Origin: Candidatus Omnitrophota bacterium
Lineage (GTDB): Bacteria > Omnitrophota > Gorgyraeia > Zapsychrales > Zapsychraceae
Direction of reading: 5' to 3'
Assembly (NCBI GenBank): GCA_028280285.1
Contig: JANQMA010000032.1
Location: 17,091-81,090 of the forward strand
DNA length: 64,000 bases
How positions within the stretch are numbered: the stretch's first letter is position 1; every line of letters starts with the position of its first letter. The notes below the pieces were generated by a model. That model was not told where the DNA came from. It made no database searches and saw only the letters and a list, made by a program, of their open reading frames with translations. The translations under genes were made by a program, and so were the position numbers. Below are positions 1 to 8,822 of this stretch, one piece after another.

Positions 1-155
1 ATCTCGTCTTTGGCTAAAAAATAATCCAGGTGATGATCGAGATCAATCAACACACCGCAGAAAAAACAAGAAATGGCAGCAACGAATGAATTGAAAAAAA
101 TAATAAAAATTAAACCTAACGCAGCCGATATGCTGACGTGATAAACTGGCTTCAT
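1..155 (-). CDS. partial CDS (N-terminal 51 codons, runs off window start); hydrophobic N-terminus with DLDHH motif, possibly membrane-bound metal-dependent hydrolase (DUF457/YdjM-like)
   Basis: rc ATG at 153-155, open to position 1: MKPVYHVSISAALGLIFIIFFNSFVAAISCFFCGVLIDLDHHLDYFLAKDE...; not in ORF track because truncated. Confidence 0.3.
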   Translation of the reverse strand, partial: MKPVYHVSISAALGLIFIIFFNSFVAAISCFFCGVLIDLDHHLDYFLAKDE

Positions 156-169
156 TATATGTAACCTTT

Positions 170-1318
170 CTAAGTTGCATCAAATGCTTTAACATACTGC
201 TCTAAAAACTTGGCTGCGCGAACCACCGATTTTACTTTAACATACTCATCGGTACAGTGCGCTTGGCCAGGTGCGGAAGCCCCACAGGCAAAGGCCGGGA
301 TTTTGTGTTTTTGAAACAGTGTAATCACTGTTGCCCCCTGGCTTCCCATAAGTGTTGTTTTATATTTCGCCTTTTTACCTTCTTTAACAAACAGTTGCAC
401 GGCTGGATGTTTTTCATTGATTTCGTAGGGTTGTTGCAAATCATCGATAATCAATTTAAACTTCTTAGCTTCTGACGCGATAATTTTTTTAACGCGTCTG
501 ATGACTTCCTGCGCCGGTTGATCAGGCAAAAACCGAATGTCGATCGAAAACTCCACCATATCGCAGACCATATTGACTTTGTCCCCACCGTGGATAACAC
601 CGATATTCACGGTCGGGGGAACGAGATGCTTATGTTTTTTAAACGGCGGAAACTTCATCTTTTCAAGCTTAGAAATGATCCGCGCGGCTTTTGAAATCGC
701 ATTATCTCCCAGCCAGTTGTAAGCCCCGTGTGCTTTTTTACCGAAAACTTGTACGCGTCCGTGAAGTAAACCCTTTTGCGCAATAATCACGGAATGCTCA
801 TCCGAATCCAAGACAAGCGCCAAACGCGGTTTAAAAACTTTCTTTTCACACAGTGGCACAATGCCGTAATGACTTCCTGTTTCTTCATCAACCGTTGCCG
901 CCATAATCACATCATGTTTCAATTTAACCTTATCTTCCACGAGTGAACGCATAATCTCCATACTGATCGCTGTGTTGCATTTATCATCAGACGTGCCGCG
1001 TCCATACATCTTGCCACCGACAATTTTTCCGCCGAGCGGCGGATACTTCCATCCTTTTCCAACCGGCACCGTATCAAAATGCGGTGTGATGAGTATCGCT
1101 CCCTTTTTGGCCTGCGCGCGCGGCAGACTCCCCTTTAGTGTCGCCACAATATTCGGACGGTTCTTAGCATACGTATATGTCTTAACCTCAATACCTTTTA
1201 AAGAACGCATGTCCTTTTCAATCAATTTTGCTAAAGCCAGTTCATTACCGGGGGGATTTTGGGAATCGACGGAGACAATTTTTTGAAGCAGTTTAATTAG
1301 ACGTTTATCATTAATCAT
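170..1318 (-). CDS. M20 family metallopeptidase (ArgE/DapE-type deacylase)
   Basis: 382 aa ORF; M20 signature GRGTSDDK and HxD metal ligands, dimerisation domain. Confidence 0.8.
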   Translation of the reverse strand: MINDKRLIKLLQKIVSVDSQNPPGNELALAKLIEKDMRSLKGIEVKTYTYAKNRPNIVATLKGSLPRAQAKKGAILITPHFDTVPVGKGWKYPPLGGKIVGGKMYGRGTSDDKCNTAISMEIMRSLVEDKVKLKHDVIMAATVDEETGSHYGIVPLCEKKVFKPRLALVLDSDEHSVIIAQKGLLHGRVQVFGKKAHGAYNWLGDNAISKAARIISKLEKMKFPPFKKHKHLVPPTVNIGVIHGGDKVNMVCDMVEFSIDIRFLPDQPAQEVIRRVKKIIASEAKKFKLIIDDLQQPYEINEKHPAVQLFVKEGKKAKYKTTLMGSQGATVITLFQKHKIPAFACGASAPGQAHCTDEYVKVKSVVRAAKFLEQYVKAFDAT

Positions 1319-1342
1319 TCATTGCTCCATTCATATGGTATA

Positions 1343-1392
1343 AAAATAGTACCAGGTACTATTTAATAAAAAATAGTACCTGGCACTATTTA
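1343..1392. promoter_or_regulatory. two tandem 21-bp palindromes AAATAGTACC-N-GGTACTATTT (second copy 1 mismatch), centres 27 bp apart, about 25 bp upstream of the M20 peptidase start and overlapping the stop of the upstream gene
   Basis: read directly: 1343-1364 aaaatagtaccaggtactattt, 1370-1391 aaaatagtacctggcactattt; 10-bp arms perfect in copy 1. Confidence 0.5.
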
Positions 1393-1692
1393 TTTCAAAA
1401 AATCTTTTGCTTTGACCTCATCAAGATTGCGTTTGAAATCATCATAGTCAATAAAGATGAGTCCGGGGCATTCTTCGGCAAGGCCTTTTAATTTTGGTAG
1501 ATGATTGCGAACATTACGAAAAGCAATGTATTTAAATTCCGTCCCGCAGTTCTTACAGTTTTTAGCACGCAGCGGCAGATCCGGCTCATTGCATTTGCCG
1601 CAAATCGCCGAAAGATCACCGTAGATCAGTACCTGATCCTTAACCGTTTTAACATCGAGTTTTTGAAATACACGCACATACCGTTCAGACAT
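1390..1692 (-). CDS. hypothetical zinc-ribbon protein (two CxxC pairs)
   Basis: 100 aa ORF; CGKC...CKNC motif. Confidence 0.45.
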   Translation of the reverse strand: MSERYVRVFQKLDVKTVKDQVLIYGDLSAICGKCNEPDLPLRAKNCKNCGTEFKYIAFRNVRNHLPKLKGLAEECPGLIFIDYDDFKRNLDEVKAKDFLK

Positions 1693-1743
1693 AATCTCTA
1701 GTCTAGTATAATGCAGGCATGTGGCAATATTTTTTCAAAAAAC

Positions 1744-1772
1744 TTGACATCCACACATTTGATTGGTATATT
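1744..1772 (+). promoter_or_regulatory. consensus sigma70-type promoter on plus strand: TTGACA(1744-1749)-17 nt-TATATT(1767-1772)
   Basis: perfect -35 hexamer, 17-nt spacer, near-consensus -10; only plus-strand signal in an all-minus gene array. Confidence 0.4.
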
Positions 1773-1803
1773 GTTTTTAGATGGCTTGAGCAGTACATGA
1801 GAA

Positions 1804-1830
1804 GGGCTGGGAGGAATCCCAGCCTTTTTA
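1804..1830 (+). terminator. intrinsic terminator on plus strand: GGGCTGGGA-ggaa-TCCCAGCC followed by TTTTTATTTAT
   Basis: 9-bp GC-rich stem, 4-nt loop, T-run; about 30 nt downstream of predicted TSS of the plus-strand promoter. Confidence 0.5.
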
Positions 1831-1831
1831 T

Positions 1832-2119
1832 TTATAATAAGCCCAGATGTTGTTTATACCCGCAGCACTCATCCCCTTTCCAGCGTTCATGGAGGATTTC
1901 ACGGATATTAACGCACTTAAATTTGGCTCCACTGACTGTTTTATGCATGCCGTATCTTTTGGTATAAATCGCGCAGAAATACTGCCCTGATGGCCTTTTA
2001 CGCAAGTGCTCGCACGGATCATCCAACGCCCCACAACAGGCTCCACAGTTGCCGCACATCCCCTCCCACTTCGTGAAATTCTGTTTTTGCAGCTTTCTAT
2101 ATCTAGCTAAATCGCCCAT
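1832..2119 (-). CDS. YkgJ/UPF0153-family cysteine-cluster (putative Fe-S/zinc-binding) protein
   Basis: 95 aa; CGNCGACC (CxxCxxCC) motif plus additional C-terminal Cys pair typical of the family. Confidence 0.6.
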   Translation of the reverse strand: MGDLARYRKLQKQNFTKWEGMCGNCGACCGALDDPCEHLRKRPSGQYFCAIYTKRYGMHKTVSGAKFKCVNIREILHERWKGDECCGYKQHLGLL

Positions 2120-2157
2120 AAGATTAATATAATTCCTCGCTATTGATTTATCTATAA

Positions 2158-2190
2158 ATAAAAAACCCCTGCTTTTTTAGCAAGGGATAA
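2158..2190 (-). terminator. intrinsic terminator on minus strand (CCCUUGC-uaaaaaa-GCAGGGG then UUUUUUAUUUAU)
   Basis: rc of 2161-2190; 7-bp stem with one G-U, U-run; terminates the transcript running from trpF through the 2200-2490 GC-rich tail. Confidence 0.65.
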
Positions 2191-2289
2191 ATGATTTTTA
2201 AAAAAGAGGAGCCGGTAAAGGGGGATATGTCCCCATCGCTCTTCGGCAACGCAGCCACCATGCTCTCTATTCGCCCACCACGTAAGGTA

Positions 2290-2490
2290 CTAATGCCCCA
2301 CCACGTCCACGAGGCCTCTTTCGGCTTTTGAAAGTTTAGGTCTGTCCGTTTTGTGCCCCCGGATTTCCCCGCACGCCAAACGGTATGGCGCGTCAGCCAT
2401 GTTTTGTGGCTGAGGTTTACCTTTATCGGCTCTGTTTAAGTATGCCATATGGATCAAGCAGTGACAAGAGCCATGACAAAAATCGGGCAT
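2290..2490 (-). CDS. doubtful small ORF (66 aa, Cys/His-rich N-terminus CHGSCHCLIH) abutting trpF stop (TAGATG); may instead be non-coding (see findings)
   Basis: ORF track; ATG immediately after trpF stop; no recognisable family; region GC-rich and structured. Confidence 0.2.
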   Translation of the reverse strand: MPDFCHGSCHCLIHMAYLNRADKGKPQPQNMADAPYRLACGEIRGHKTDRPKLSKAERGLVDVVGH

Positions 2491-3102
2491 CTAGAAGTTA
2501 ATCAAATCAAAAAATGTGCGGATCTTACGGGCATCCTTGATGCCAGGGCTTTTCTCAAGACCACTGGAAACGTCGATGGCATAAGGACTAACCTCCTTAA
2601 TCGCCTTTTGAATATTATCTGACTTAAGTCCACCTGATAAAATGACCGGCTTATCAAGCTTTTGCCCCTTAATCAGATCCCAGTTAAATACCTTCCCCGT
2701 ACCACCATGAACATCCGGGACAAAGGTATCAAAAAGATAGGCATCGACATCAAACTTTTTAACCATGTTAATATCAAAAAATTCATCCACGCGAAAGACC
2801 TTGATAACCTTGTAATTTTTTTTCATCCGCTTACAAAAAGCCGCCGATTCATCGCCATGCAATTGAATCGTATTAATTTTTGTAAACCGACAAATATCAT
2901 TAATCGCCTTTTCACTTAAATTGACAAAGACACCAACCGGGATGATAAACGGCGGCAACTCAGCAATGATCTTCTTCGCCCGTGAAGGTGACACATAGCG
3001 TGGAGATTTCTTATGAAAAATAAACCCCACCGCACTGGCCCCGTAATAGGCCACCTTAAGCGCATCATCTTTATTAGTTATTCCGCAAACTTTAACTTTC
3101 AT
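2491..3102 (-). CDS. trpF: phosphoribosylanthranilate isomerase
   Basis: 203 aa, PRAI fold motifs (VKVCGIT..., C-terminal GGL...D), AAGGAG RBS upstream, position after trpC. Confidence 0.9.
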   Translation of the reverse strand: MKVKVCGITNKDDALKVAYYGASAVGFIFHKKSPRYVSPSRAKKIIAELPPFIIPVGVFVNLSEKAINDICRFTKINTIQLHGDESAAFCKRMKKNYKVIKVFRVDEFFDINMVKKFDVDAYLFDTFVPDVHGGTGKVFNWDLIKGQKLDKPVILSGGLKSDNIQKAIKEVSPYAIDVSSGLEKSPGIKDARKIRTFFDLINF

Positions 3103-3109
3103 CTTGCTC

Positions 3110-3198
3110 CTTTATGCAACAAAAGTGATAGAGTGATAGTAGTGCTTGAGTGATATTTACTAAAATTATCACTCTACTACTTTATCACTTTATCACTA
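3110..3198. repeat. imperfect 90-bp palindrome built from GTGATA(G)/TATCAC words between trpC stop and trpF start (intra-operon leader hairpin)
   Basis: agtgatagagtgatagtagtg...gagtgata-tttactaaaat-tatcactc...tttatcactttatcact read directly. Confidence 0.6.
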
Positions 3199-3981
3199 TT
3201 TTCCCATTACTTCCCGGACTTTGCTGGCTATATCCTGCGCCCGCATGAATATTTCACCAATTAAAACCGCATGCGCGCCGAGCTCTCTTAAGCGCTTCAC
3301 ATCTTCATTCGTTTGAATACCACTTTCGGCCACAATCACTTTATCTTGTGGAATTTTCGGTATCAGCCGTACGCAATTTTCTACATCAACTTGAAATGTT
3401 TTTAAATCACGATTATTGATCCCGATGATTTCCGCACCCGCTTCAAGCGCACTATTTAATTCCTCCTCATTATGAATCTCAACCAGACAATCAACGTCCA
3501 GGGCATCGGCAACCGCAATCAAATGTTTAATCTCTTCAACCGACAATAACGCAACGATCAAAAGAACTGCCGAAGCACCATTATACACCGCTTCATAAAT
3601 CTGCCCCTCCTCAAGGATAAAATCTTTTGTCAGCGCCGGCAAGCCCACTTCGTCAACCACATCACGCACATAACTAGGTTTACCCAAAAAATATTTGTCT
3701 TCCGTCAAAACAGACACAGCCGCAGCACCATTTTCTTTATAAATCTTACCGATTTCAATACAATCAAAATCCTCGCGAATAATACCTTTAGACGGAGACG
3801 CCTTTTTTATCTCGGCGATCAAACTAATTTGACCAGGCTTGGCAATCTGTTTTTTAAACAGATGATAGCGCGAATACTCGGTCTTTGATAAATTCTCTTT
3901 AAGATTCGCAAAGAGCCCCCGCTTTTCATTGTTTATATATTTTTTATGCTCAACAATCTTATCTAAAAAATCAGAAATCAC
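3196..3981 (-). CDS. trpC: indole-3-glycerol phosphate synthase
   Basis: 261 aa; IGPS motifs (KKASPSKG, TIM-barrel phosphate-binding C-terminus). Confidence 0.9.
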   Translation of the reverse strand: MISDFLDKIVEHKKYINNEKRGLFANLKENLSKTEYSRYHLFKKQIAKPGQISLIAEIKKASPSKGIIREDFDCIEIGKIYKENGAAAVSVLTEDKYFLGKPSYVRDVVDEVGLPALTKDFILEEGQIYEAVYNGASAVLLIVALLSVEEIKHLIAVADALDVDCLVEIHNEEELNSALEAGAEIIGINNRDLKTFQVDVENCVRLIPKIPQDKVIVAESGIQTNEDVKRLRELGAHAVLIGEIFMRAQDIASKVREVMGK

Positions 3982-4984
3982 GATGCGTGAACTCCTTTAA
4001 CTCGTCCAATTTCTTTTTGGCCTTACCGCTGTCGATGGAATCCTCAGCAAGCTTTATGCCGTCCTCGATATTATCGACTTTTTCGGCCGCATAAAAGGCA
4101 TACGCTGCATTAAGCACAACAATATCTCTCTTCGGACCTTTTGCCCCGTCAAGAATCCCCTCAACGATTTTAACATTTTGCTCTAGGTCTCCACCAATCA
4201 ACTGATCATGCGTTGCACGCTCAAAGCCCAGTTCCTCGGGATCGGTATCATACACCAAAATTTCTCCATCCTTGATCTCAGCAATAAATGTCTTATCCGT
4301 TGTAGTGATTTCATCAAGGCCATCTGCGCCGTGCACAACCAAGGCCTTTTTAAGGCCTAAATTTTTAAGCACTTCACAAATCGGTTCGACCAAATCACGA
4401 TTATACACACCGACCACCTGATGCGTCGCACTGGCGGGGTTAGTGAGCGGCCCTAAAATATTAAAAATCGTCTCAACACCAAGCTCTTTGCGCACCGGCG
4501 CAACATTTTTCATGGCCGGATGAAGCTTTTGCGCAAACAAAAACGCAATACCGGTTTGGCCCAAACATTCTTTTAAATGCGCTTCCTCCACATCTAAATT
4601 AACACCAAGTGCTTCGAGGACACACGCACTGCCGCACTTACTCGACACAGATCTGTTACCATGTTTGGCCACAATAACACCAGCCCCAGCCAAGACAAGC
4701 GCAACGGTCGTCGAAATATTAAACGTATCTTTCTTATCACCGCCTGTACCGCATGTATCTAAAATATTGGCATGCTTTGACTTGATCGGCACCACAAATT
4801 TACGCATAATGCGCGCCGCCCCTGTAATCTCTTCAACCGTCGGGCCCTTGGCCCTCAACGTTAAAAGAAACTGCGCAATATCTTCTTTGATAGCCTCGCC
4901 GGACATGATCAGATGCATAACATCTTCAATCTCGGCCTGTGTTAAGTTTTCTTTATTGTGAAGTTTTGCAATGTAATTTTTCAA
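3971..4984 (-). CDS. trpD: anthranilate phosphoribosyltransferase
   Basis: 337 aa; GTGGD motif, overlaps trpC by 11 nt. Confidence 0.9.
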   Translation of the reverse strand: MKNYIAKLHNKENLTQAEIEDVMHLIMSGEAIKEDIAQFLLTLRAKGPTVEEITGAARIMRKFVVPIKSKHANILDTCGTGGDKKDTFNISTTVALVLAGAGVIVAKHGNRSVSSKCGSACVLEALGVNLDVEEAHLKECLGQTGIAFLFAQKLHPAMKNVAPVRKELGVETIFNILGPLTNPASATHQVVGVYNRDLVEPICEVLKNLGLKKALVVHGADGLDEITTTDKTFIAEIKDGEILVYDTDPEELGFERATHDQLIGGDLEQNVKIVEGILDGAKGPKRDIVVLNAAYAFYAAEKVDNIEDGIKLAEDSIDSGKAKKKLDELKEFTHRDF

Positions 4985-5000
4985 TTGAGCCCCTTCAGCT

Positions 5001-5588
5001 TTATAACTTCAAAAAATTGGCTAACATCTGCTTACCTTCCACCGTCAAAATAGATTCCGGATGAAATTGCACCCCCAAAAATGGCAGTGTCTTGTGCGTT
5101 ACCCCCATTATTTCTCCGTCCTCTGACTTAGCCGTCACATTAAAACACGATGGCAAGGTCTTCGGATCGATTACAAGCGAATGATAGCGCGTCGCCTCAA
5201 ACGGATTAGAGAGTCCTTTAAATAAATCTTTATTGTCATGTTTAATTTGAGATGTCTTCCCATGCATAATCTTACCGGCACGAATAATCTTTCCACCAAA
5301 GGCCTGACCTAAACATTGATGCCCCAAGCAAACACCCAAAATTGGCGTTGGCTTTTGAGCCTCTTTCATCTGTTCAATAATTTGAAGAGAAATCCCCGCT
5401 GTATCCGGTCGCCCAGGCCCCGGGGAAATAATGATTCTTTCCGGATTCATCTTTGTGATATCATCGAGTGTGATCGCATCATTACGATATACCTCTAGAT
5501 TGGCCCCAAGCTCACCAAAGTACTGAACTAAGTTATATGTAAATGAATCATAATTGTCGATCATTAAGATCATGCTTTTTCCTTCCAA
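5001..5588 (-). CDS. trpG: anthranilate synthase component II / aminodeoxychorismate synthase glutamine amidotransferase
   Basis: 195 aa class-I GATase (GVCLGHQ, catalytic Cys-His-Glu); adjacency to trpD. Confidence 0.85.
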   Translation of the reverse strand: MEGKSMILMIDNYDSFTYNLVQYFGELGANLEVYRNDAITLDDITKMNPERIIISPGPGRPDTAGISLQIIEQMKEAQKPTPILGVCLGHQCLGQAFGGKIIRAGKIMHGKTSQIKHDNKDLFKGLSNPFEATRYHSLVIDPKTLPSCFNVTAKSEDGEIMGVTHKTLPFLGVQFHPESILTVEGKQMLANFLKL

Positions 5589-6832
5589 ACATTAGCACCC
5601 AGGGCAACTAGTTTTTCTTCCAGCTTTTCATACCCGCGCTCAAGGTGATAAATGCGGTGCACTTCCGTTGTTCCTTCGGCCGCAAGCCCGGCGATAACTA
5701 AAGCGGCAGACGCCCTTAAGTCAGAGGCCATAACCGGCGCGCCATAAAGTTTCTTAACACCTTGAGCGATCGCGTTGGTCCCTTCACGCCTAATATTAGC
5801 CCCCATACGATTAAGCTCAGCGATATGAATAAAGCGATCAGGATAAACACGGTCGGTAATAACACTGATCCCACCAGCCAACGCCATCACCGCGAGAAAC
5901 TGTGCCTGTAAATCCGTCGGAAACCCCGGATAAGGATGTGTGGCCACACTAACCGGTTTAATCACTTTGCGTGCTTTAACATGAATTATACCCTTTTCAT
6001 TAATAACTTTAATACCGGCTTCCTCCAACTTATCCATAAGCGACATTAAATGCGTATAGTTCGCTCCTTTTATCGTAATATTACTACGTGTGGCGGCGGC
6101 CGCCAAAACATATGTCCCGGCCTCAATACGGTCGGGAATAACTTTGTAATTCACACCACTTAATTTTTTAACTCCAACGATCGTAATCTTCGGGCTGCCA
6201 TGTCCTGTAATTTTGGCGCCCATGTCAATCAACATATTCGCCAAATCTTCCACTTCCGGTTCACAGGCGGCCGATTCAATAACCGTAGTACCGCGCGCAA
6301 GAGTTGCCGCCATCATCACATTGGCTGTGGCCAGCACCGAGGAACCAAACACACCGCCTAAATAAATATGCGCCCCCTTAAGGCCTTTTGTTTTGGCAAT
6401 CACATAACCGTTGTCAAAGTTCATCATCGCGTTAAGCGCGGTTAAACCTTTAATATGCAAATCAACCGGACGAATACCGATAACACAACCGCCGGGCAGC
6501 GAAACCTTTGCTTTTTGCAATTTTGCCAATAGCGGTCCCAGCACACAAAACGAGCCACGCATGGTTGAAACCAATTTATAATCCGCTATATGCTTAAGCG
6601 CAGCGGGCTGAGTAACAGTCAGTTTATTTTTTGAAAACTCAACTTTTTTACCGAGCGATTTAAGAAGCGCAACCATCGTCTTGGTGTCCCGCAGCATCGG
6701 GACATTACGGATCACGCAATCCTCGCTCGTTAGAAGTGTCGCCGCCATAATTGGCAAAGCGGCATTCTTGGAACCGGAAATAGTTACTTCACCTTTAAGC
6801 GAAGCAACTCCTTGTATAACTAATTTATCCAT
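5570..6832 (-). CDS. murA: UDP-N-acetylglucosamine 1-carboxyvinyltransferase
   Basis: 420 aa; EPSP-synthase fold, N-terminus MDKLVIQG...[15 protein letters not shown] matches MurA. Confidence 0.9.
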   Translation of the reverse strand: MDKLVIQGVASLKGEVTISGSKNAALPIMAATLLTSEDCVIRNVPMLRDTKTMVALLKSLGKKVEFSKNKLTVTQPAALKHIADYKLVSTMRGSFCVLGPLLAKLQKAKVSLPGGCVIGIRPVDLHIKGLTALNAMMNFDNGYVIAKTKGLKGAHIYLGGVFGSSVLATANVMMAATLARGTTVIESAACEPEVEDLANMLIDMGAKITGHGSPKITIVGVKKLSGVNYKVIPDRIEAGTYVLAAAATRSNITIKGANYTHLMSLMDKLEEAGIKVINEKGIIHVKARKVIKPVSVATHPYPGFPTDLQAQFLAVMALAGGISVITDRVYPDRFIHIAELNRMGANIRREGTNAIAQGVKKLYGAPVMASDLRASAALVIAGLAAEGTTEVHRIYHLERGYEKLEEKLVALGANVWKEKA

Positions 6833-7616
6833 TATTCTTTCTGGCGATTACAATACGTTCAGTTCCAACATAATCTTTCACAAATTCCACTTGATCAAAC
6901 ACATTCGTGGCATTGATCAAATCAGCAATCGCGGCATGCTGCCCATCACCGCATTCGAACATCAAAAACCCACCAAAGTTTATCTTAGATGCCCCGTGCG
7001 CAATAATCAAACGGTAAAAATCAAGACCGTCTGTGCCACCGTCAAGGGCAATACGCGGCTCTTGCTTAACATCTTTCGGTAAATTTTTCCAATCATCCGA
7101 TGGAATATACGGCGGATTAGAAATGATTAGGTCAAATGCGGTATCGGTTTGATCGAAGTATTGTTTCACATCTTGGTTAATCAAATTAATACGATCAATA
7201 AGCCCAGCCTGTTTAATATTTTCATAAGCTAAACAACACGCCTCAGATGAAACTTCAACACCAGTAATGCTCGCATTCACTAATTTTTGCGCTAAGGTAA
7301 TTTCAATATTTCCTGTGCCAACGCCAACATTTAAGATATTAAGTGGGCCACGTGAATCTTTTAAACGCTGGATTGCCTCGGTAACCAAAATCTCTGTCTC
7401 TGGTCGTGGAATAAGCGCACGGCGATCCACTTTAAGTGTGGTATCACAAAAACCCCACTCACCCAAAATATATTGCAACGGCTCACCTGACTCAAAGCGC
7501 GCCTTCATCAACGTAAACTGTTTTTGTTGATCGATATTGAGTTTAGGCTCTTGCGTGTAAAGCTCATGTTGCTTGCAGGCAAGAATCGACGTTAATAAAA
7601 GCTCATCTGTTTTCAT
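6825..7616 (-). CDS. prmC: release factor glutamine N5-methyltransferase
   Basis: 263 aa; NPPY motif, SAM-binding VGTGNI, immediately downstream of prfA. Confidence 0.85.
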   Translation of the reverse strand: MKTDELLLTSILACKQHELYTQEPKLNIDQQKQFTLMKARFESGEPLQYILGEWGFCDTTLKVDRRALIPRPETEILVTEAIQRLKDSRGPLNILNVGVGTGNIEITLAQKLVNASITGVEVSSEACCLAYENIKQAGLIDRINLINQDVKQYFDQTDTAFDLIISNPPYIPSDDWKNLPKDVKQEPRIALDGGTDGLDFYRLIIAHGASKINFGGFLMFECGDGQHAAIADLINATNVFDQVEFVKDYVGTERIVIARKNNG

Positions 7617-8680
7617 GATTCAATCGATTCCTCGGCGTCAGCCTTTTGTAAGGCTTCCATGATTTCATCTAAATCCCCATCCATAACATATTGTAATTTG
7701 TGCGTCGTAAAACCAATCCGATGATCGGTCACACGCCGATCCGGATAATTGTAGGTGCGTATCTTCTCACTCCTATCCCCTGAGCCGACTTTAAGTTTCC
7801 GATCTTGCGCTTGGGCATCCATATTTTCTTGCTGCATTTTATCCAAGAGCCGCGCGCGCAAAACACGCATGGCCTTGGCCTTATTTTTAAGCTGCGAGCG
7901 TTCATCCTGACAGGAGACAACAATCCCGGTCGATTCATGGGTAATCCGCACGGCCGAATCAGTTGTATTAACGGATTGACCTCCGGGGCCTGAGGAGCGA
8001 AAGATATCAATACGCAAATCATTCGGATCGATGTCTAAATCAACCTCTTCCGGTTCATACATCACCGCAACTGTCGCGGCTGAGGTATGAATACGTCCGG
8101 AGGCCTCTGTTGTTGGCACGCGTTGCACACGATGCACACCGCTTTCGAACTTGAGCAGCTTTGATGCCCCACTTCCGCTCACGCCGAAAATTACCTCTTT
8201 AAATCCGCCGGTCTCAGACTCATTAAAACTCATCGTCTCAAGGATCCAACCTTTAGCATCGCAATACTTGTTGTACATACGAAAAAGATCCCCTGCAAAG
8301 AGAGAGGCTTCCTCACCACCTGTCCCAGCGCGGATTTCAAAAATCAAATTGCGGTCTTTTTCATCTTCTTTTGGATTAACAAGGCTGTCGAGCGTCTCTT
8401 CAAGCTCTTGTTTTTTGGCTGTCAGTTCTTCCTGCTCGTGGCGGGCCAGCTCTACCATTTCCTCATCCGCACCGTCGGCAATAATCTTAGCCGCCTCATC
8501 TAAATGCTTAACGACACCTTGATACTCCTGATAAGCATTAACGATCGGTGTGATATCCGCATACTCTTTGGCCAGCTTTTGATATTGGGTTTGATCGGAT
8601 ATGATTTCATTATCCGCCAAAAGCTTTTCCAGCTCGGTGAAGCGTTCGGCGGCTTGTTGGGATTTGTCTAGGTAAGTCAT
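7613..8680 (-). CDS. prfA: peptide chain release factor 1
   Basis: 355 aa; GGQ motif (SGPGGQSVNTTDSA), PxT-type tripeptide region. Confidence 0.9.
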   Translation of the reverse strand: MTYLDKSQQAAERFTELEKLLADNEIISDQTQYQKLAKEYADITPIVNAYQEYQGVVKHLDEAAKIIADGADEEMVELARHEQEELTAKKQELEETLDSLVNPKEDEKDRNLIFEIRAGTGGEEASLFAGDLFRMYNKYCDAKGWILETMSFNESETGGFKEVIFGVSGSGASKLLKFESGVHRVQRVPTTEASGRIHTSAATVAVMYEPEEVDLDIDPNDLRIDIFRSSGPGGQSVNTTDSAVRITHESTGIVVSCQDERSQLKNKAKAMRVLRARLLDKMQQENMDAQAQDRKLKVGSGDRSEKIRTYNYPDRRVTDHRIGFTTHKLQYVMDGDLDEIMEALQKADAEESIES

Positions 8681-8687
8681 GGTATCA

Positions 8688-8760
8688 GTTACTAGTTGCC
8701 GGTTGCTTGTTGCTTGTTACTAACGCCCACTAGCAACTAGCATCGAGAACTAGCAACAGG
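8688..8760. repeat. GTTG/CAAC word-palindrome element (family 1 copy) between rpmE terminator and prfA start
   Basis: ctagttgccggttgcttgttgcttgttactaacg...ccactagcaactagcatcgagaactagcaacagg. Confidence 0.6.
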
Positions 8761-8762
8761 TA

Positions 8763-8806
8763 TAGAAAAACCCCGGCCACTTTTTCGCATAAGCGAAGTA
8801 GTCGGG
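8763..8806 (-). terminator. intrinsic terminator downstream of rpmE
   Basis: stem CCCCGAC.../...GCCGGGG with internal CTTCGC/GCGAAG pairing, followed by UUUUUC on minus strand. Confidence 0.7.
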
Positions 8807-8822
8807 GTTTGATTGAAATCGG

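Noticed and set aside
2191-2490. RNase P RNA, SRP RNA, tmRNA or 6S RNA in the GC-rich tail after trpF
   Set aside because: I looked for the conserved P4 strands (AGGAAAGUCCGGGCUCC / ACAGAACCCGGCUUA), the SRP domain-IV GGAAGCAGCC motif and the tmRNA tRNA-like ends. Only weak partial resemblances were found (for example GGGAAAUCCGGGGGCAC). It is left as an unassigned structured region.
8151-8522. 123-aa Ser-rich plus-strand ORF
   Set aside because: It lies antisense within prfA, which has unmistakable RF1 motifs; this is a compositional artefact.
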